Assembly (NCBI GenBank): GCA_965199955.1
Contig: CBDATQ010000001.1
Span: forward strand, 768,001-832,000
Source: Spirochaetia bacterium
GTDB lineage: Bacteria > Spirochaetota > Spirochaetia > SZUA-6 > Bin103
Length of the DNA stretch: 64,000 nt
Direction: 5' to 3'
The notes under the pieces were generated by a model. The model ran no database searches, was not told where the DNA came from, and saw only the letters and a list, made by a program, of their open reading frames with translations. Both the position numbers and the translations under genes were made by a program. Shown here piece by piece: positions 60,145 through 64,000 of this stretch; the stretch's first letter is position 1; every line of letters begins with the position of its first letter.

Positions 60145-60930
60145 ATGGCTGAGACGATTACACCGGTCCGGCTGACGGAAGAGCAGGTGGCCCGCTACGA
60201 GCGGGACGGTTACCTCGTGGTGGAGAACCTGGTCGACCTGGAGCGGGTCACGGCGCTCGGCGCGCGGGTCCGGGAGTACACGCACGGCGGGCGCGACGCC
60301 GGCGCCCTGCGCGTGCAGATCGAACCGCGGGTGACGCGGGGTGAGGAGCGGGTCGACCATCCCGGCGACGGCATCCGCAAGATCGACGGCCTGGTCGAGC
60401 ACGACGACCTGTTCCGGGCGCTCGGCACCGACCCGGCGATCGTCAGCGTCATCACGCGGATCCTGGGACCGGACGTGAAGATGTTCCGCAACGCCCTGCT
60501 GATGAAGCCCCCGCACGTGGGTTCCTCCAAGGGCATGCACCAGGACGCGCCCTACTGGCCGATCGAGCCGCAGAGCGAGTGCTCGTGCTGGTTCGCCCTG
60601 GATGACGCGACGCCCGAGAACGGGTGCATGGGCGTGCTGCCCGGCGCGCACAAGCGCGGAGCGCAGCCGCACACGCATGTGACGGACGACTACGTCATCG
60701 AGGAGGACCGGTACTCGATGGACGACCTGGTGCTGGCGCCGGTCAAGGCAGGCGGCGGCCTGTTCTTCCATGCCCTGCTGCCGCACTACACGGCGCCGAA
60801 CTCGTCCGACCACTGGCGCCGCGCCATCGCCCTGTCCTACATGAGCGCGCGCTCGCGCTACACCGGGGAGGATCCCGGGCCCGAATACCTGAGCATCGCC
60901 GGCCGGAGCTTTCCCGGCTGCGTGCGCTGA
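60145..60930 (+). CDS. PhyH-family dioxygenase
   Basis: YERDGYL, MHQD.PYW, ENGCM..PG.H and PHYT.PN....RR motifs. Confidence 0.9.
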   Translation: MAETITPVRLTEEQVARYERDGYLVVENLVDLERVTALGARVREYTHGGRDAGALRVQIEPRVTRGEERVDHPGDGIRKIDGLVEHDDLFRALGTDPAIVSVITRILGPDVKMFRNALLMKPPHVGSSKGMHQDAPYWPIEPQSECSCWFALDDATPENGCMGVLPGAHKRGAQPHTHVTDDYVIEEDRYSMDDLVLAPVKAGGGLFFHALLPHYTAPNSSDHWRRAIALSYMSARSRYTGEDPGPEYLSIAGRSFPGCVR

Positions 60931-60949
60931 CGCCGAACACGGACTGACG

Positions 60950-62197
60950 ATGGAACGGGTAGCCACGGACACGAGGGTTCCGGTTCGCTCCGCGCCGCTG
61001 CCGGGCGGCTACCCCGGCGCGACCGCCATCGACGCCGACGAGGTGGCCGCCGTCCGCGAGGTGCTGGAGCGGCGCTCGCCGTTCCGGTACTACGGGCCGC
61101 AGGTAGCCGGGGCCGCCGCGGCGCTGGAACGGGCGTTTGCCGCCCGCCTGGGCGTGGCTCACGCCCTCGGGGTCAGCTCGGGGACGGCCGCCCTCATCGT
61201 CGCCCTGCGGGCGCTCGGGGTGGGGCCGGGTGACGAGGTGATCCTCCCGCCGGCGACGTTCGTCGGCTGCGCCAACGCCGTGGTGGCGGCAGGTGCCGTT
61301 CCCGTGTTCGCCGACGTCGACGATGATCTGCAGATCAGCCGCGCCGGCATCGAAGCCTGCATCACGGCCCGTACCAGGGCGATCATGGCCGTGCATTGGC
61401 GCGGGCTCGCGGTGCCGTTGCGGCCGATCATGGACGTCGCGAACGCGCACGGAATTTCGGTCATCGAGGACTGCGCGCAGTCCCTCGGAGCCCGCGACGA
61501 CGGCTTCGAGGTCGGTGCCCGCGGCCGGATCAACGCCTTCAGCTTCCAGATGAACAAGGTGCTCACCGCCGGCGAAGGAGGGATGGTCGCCACCGACGAT
61601 CCGGACCTCGCCGCCCGGGCGATCGCGCTCCACGACAACGGCTCCGCCCGCAAGGGGAACGGCCTCGTCCCGGAGACCACCGAGCTGTTCGGCGAGAACT
61701 ACCGCCTGACCGAGGTCGCCGCCGCCATCATGCGGGTCCAGCTCGGCAAGCTCGACCAGGTACGGCGGCGGCTGCGGGAGGTGTGCGGCATCATCGGCAG
61801 CGCCGTGGAGGACTGCGCCGGGGTGCGCCTACGCCAGCGTGCCGGCAGCGACGCGGACGTGGGCGCCTCCGCGGTCCTGATCTTCGATACGGCGGAGCTG
61901 GCGGCCGCTGTGAAGGAGGCACTGGCGGCGGAGGGCGTGCCGCTTTCGACGCCGTATGGCGGCCGGCCGATCTACCTGCGGGACGTGTTCCAGCAACGGC
62001 GGCTGTGGCATGCCGGCGCCGGCCCGTGGGATCCGCGCATCTACCACGGAGACGTCAGCTACGCGCCGGGGACCTGCCCGACAGCCGAGGAGATCCTCCC
62101 GCGGGTGGGGGAATACACCCTGTCCCTGGACTGGAGCGAGCGGGACGCGCACGACGTGGCGGCCGCGATCACCAGGGTCATGGGACGAGTGGGGTGA
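60950..62197 (+). CDS. DegT/DnrJ/EryC1/StrS aminotransferase
   Basis: SSGTAAL, GDEVI, IEDCAQS, FSFQMNK..TAGEGG and GENYR motifs. Confidence 0.92.
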   Translation: MERVATDTRVPVRSAPLPGGYPGATAIDADEVAAVREVLERRSPFRYYGPQVAGAAAALERAFAARLGVAHALGVSSGTAALIVALRALGVGPGDEVILPPATFVGCANAVVAAGAVPVFADVDDDLQISRAGIEACITARTRAIMAVHWRGLAVPLRPIMDVANAHGISVIEDCAQSLGARDDGFEVGARGRINAFSFQMNKVLTAGEGGMVATDDPDLAARAIALHDNGSARKGNGLVPETTELFGENYRLTEVAAAIMRVQLGKLDQVRRRLREVCGIIGSAVEDCAGVRLRQRAGSDADVGASAVLIFDTAELAAAVKEALAAEGVPLSTPYGGRPIYLRDVFQQRRLWHAGAGPWDPRIYHGDVSYAPGTCPTAEEILPRVGEYTLSLDWSERDAHDVAAAITRVMGRVG

Positions 62198-63642
62198 CAC
62201 GGCCCAACCTGCTCCTGGTGGTGCCGGACGGCATGCAGGCGCAGACCACGTTTCCCGAGTCGCCGTGCCGCACGCCCAACGTCGACCGCATCGCGGAGCG
62301 CGGCCAGCGCTTCCGCCGGGCCTACACCGTCCAGTTCACCTGCTCGCCCGCCCGCGCCAGCCTGATGACCGGGGTGCTGCCGCACAACCACGGCGTGCTG
62401 CAGGTCGAGCACACCGTGGACGACGATCAGTGCGTGCTGCGCACCGAATACCCGCACTGGGCGCAGCGCCTCGGCGATGCCGGCTACCGCACCGCCTATT
62501 TCGGCAAGTGGCACATCGAGCGCAGCAACGATCTGCGCCGCTTCGGGTGGCAGGAGGGGGGCAGCGATCACGCCGCCGCGCAGCGGGCGCTGGGGGCGGG
62601 GGTCACCGCGACCGCCGACCTCCTCGACGGCGCCGATCCGGTCCGCTACGACGAAGGCCACGACGGCTATCGCCCGGTCCTGCACTACGCGGCAACGCCG
62701 ATACCGACCGACCGGCGCGCCTTCGCGGCGACAACCCGCGCCGCGCAGGAGTTCCTGGAGTCCGCGGCCGCCGGCGGTGCACCCTGGGCCTGCTGTGTCA
62801 GCTTCGCGGAGCCCAACGTCCCCCTCGTCGCCAACCGCGACGCCTACCTCGGGTACGACCTGGACGCGATCGACCTCCCCGCCAGCCTGGGGGACACCTT
62901 CGCCGACAGCCCCGCCATCTACCGGCGCCAGCGCGAGGTGTTCGGCGCCATCGGCGAGCGCGAGTGGCGCCAAGCGCGCGCAGTGTACTACGCCCTCATC
63001 GGCGAGCTCGACGCGCAGGTGGGGGCGCTCCTGGATCAGCTCGAGCGGCTGGACGTTCTGGACGACACGATCGTCGTGTTCATGAGCGATCACGGCCGCT
63101 ACGTCGGCGCCCACGGGTTCGACGCCCACAACTTCGGCGCCTTCGAAGAGGCTTACCGGATTCCGCTGGTCATCGCCGGGCCCGGCGTCGCCGGACCCGG
63201 GGTCGTGGCCGACGCCGACGTCGACGCGATCGTCTCTCTGGTGGACGTGGCGCCGACGCTGCTGGAGCTGACCGGCGCGGCCCCGATCGATGCGCCCGAC
63301 TCCCGGTCCTTCGCCGACCTGCTGCGCGACCCCGTGGGCGCGGCCGCACGCCATGACTGCGCCTACGCGGAATCCTGCGGCAACCGTTTCCTGATGACCC
63401 AGCGCATCCTCTGGCAGGGAACGTGGAAGTTCGTCTTCAACGGCTTCGACTACGACGAGCTCTACGACCTCGCCACCGATCCCGACGAGTTGGTCAATCT
63501 GGGCGCCGATCCTCGGCACGCGCAGCGCCGCCGGGACATGATGGCGGAGATCTGGCGTCGCGCCCGCGCGACCGGCGACCAGAGCATCGTCGACACGCAC
63601 TACGCGCCGATGCGTATCGCCGCGGTCGGTCCCGAGATATAG
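62194..63642 (+). CDS. Sulfatase
   Basis: RPNLL, CSPAR (CxPxR), GKWH, SDHG and ELYDL..DP.E..N motifs; GTGA-coupled. Confidence 0.9.
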   Translation: MTRPNLLLVVPDGMQAQTTFPESPCRTPNVDRIAERGQRFRRAYTVQFTCSPARASLMTGVLPHNHGVLQVEHTVDDDQCVLRTEYPHWAQRLGDAGYRTAYFGKWHIERSNDLRRFGWQEGGSDHAAAQRALGAGVTATADLLDGADPVRYDEGHDGYRPVLHYAATPIPTDRRAFAATTRAAQEFLESAAAGGAPWACCVSFAEPNVPLVANRDAYLGYDLDAIDLPASLGDTFADSPAIYRRQREVFGAIGEREWRQARAVYYALIGELDAQVGALLDQLERLDVLDDTIVVFMSDHGRYVGAHGFDAHNFGAFEEAYRIPLVIAGPGVAGPGVVADADVDAIVSLVDVAPTLLELTGAAPIDAPDSRSFADLLRDPVGAAARHDCAYAESCGNRFLMTQRILWQGTWKFVFNGFDYDELYDLATDPDELVNLGADPRHAQRRRDMMAEIWRRARATGDQSIVDTHYAPMRIAAVGPEI

Positions 63643-63654
63643 CGGAGATCGCCC

Positions 63655-64000
63655 ATCGGCTCCATCACGTTGCGACAGATGGCCGACGCGGACGTGAGGT
63701 TCGCCGACCGCATCCGCGACAGCGCCGGCTGGAACCAGACTCTTCAGGACTGGCAGCGGCTGCTGCGGCACGATCCGGAGGGCTGCTTCGTCGCCGAGTG
63801 GAACGGCCGGCCGGCCGGTACGGCGACGACCACGACCTTTTCGAAGGACCTGGCTTGGATCGGCATGGTCCTGGTCGATCCCGATCTGCGGCGGCGGGGG
63901 ATCGGCAGGGCGCTGCTCGTGCACTGCATCGAGCATCTGCGGCAGTCGGGGGTGAGGTGCATCAAACTGGACGCCACACCGTTGGGCAGGCGCGTATACG
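63655..64000 (+). CDS. GNAT acetyltransferase, 3'-truncated by the window
   Basis: AGWNQT..DW, AWIGMVLVDP..RRRGIG and LDAT..G..VY motifs; not in the ORF track. Confidence 0.8.
   Translation, partial: MGSITLRQMADADVRFADRIRDSAGWNQTLQDWQRLLRHDPEGCFVAEWNGRPAGTATTTTFSKDLAWIGMVLVDPDLRRRGIGRALLVHCIEHLRQSGVRCIKLDATPLGRRVY

Noticed and set aside
1..64000. Many long Arg/Pro/Ala-rich overlapping ORFs
   Set aside because: Shadow frames expected in high-GC DNA; no recognisable motifs.

Overview
High-GC bacterial chromosomal window that is mostly an accessory catabolic region. It holds seven PhyH-type Fe(II)/2-oxoglutarate dioxygenases, two MocD-like and two sterol-desaturase-type membrane di-iron enzymes, two intact sulfatases, a hydantoinase/oxoprolinase pair, sugar dehydrogenases and kinases, GH32-like and oligogalacturonate-lyase-like beta-propellers, and a carbohydrate ABC importer. 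The gene content and the binding-protein signal peptide suggest a host-associated bacterium, possibly a sponge spirochaete-like symbiont (inference only). The first ~15 kb is a mobile/decay zone: an AAA-ATPase pseudogene cut by a degenerate IS66, an ISNCY remnant, an intact IS1634, a HicAB-like pair, a small ORF coupled to a ClpP-fold SDH protease, and a ~2.1 kb diverged tandem duplication around an Rpn (PD-(D/E)xK) gene that carries an intragenic RpnS-type start. Two VapBC pairs and many frameshifted or deleted pseudogenes occur further on. No rRNA, tRNA or CRISPR array was seen. All calls come from motif recognition by eye; no searches were run.
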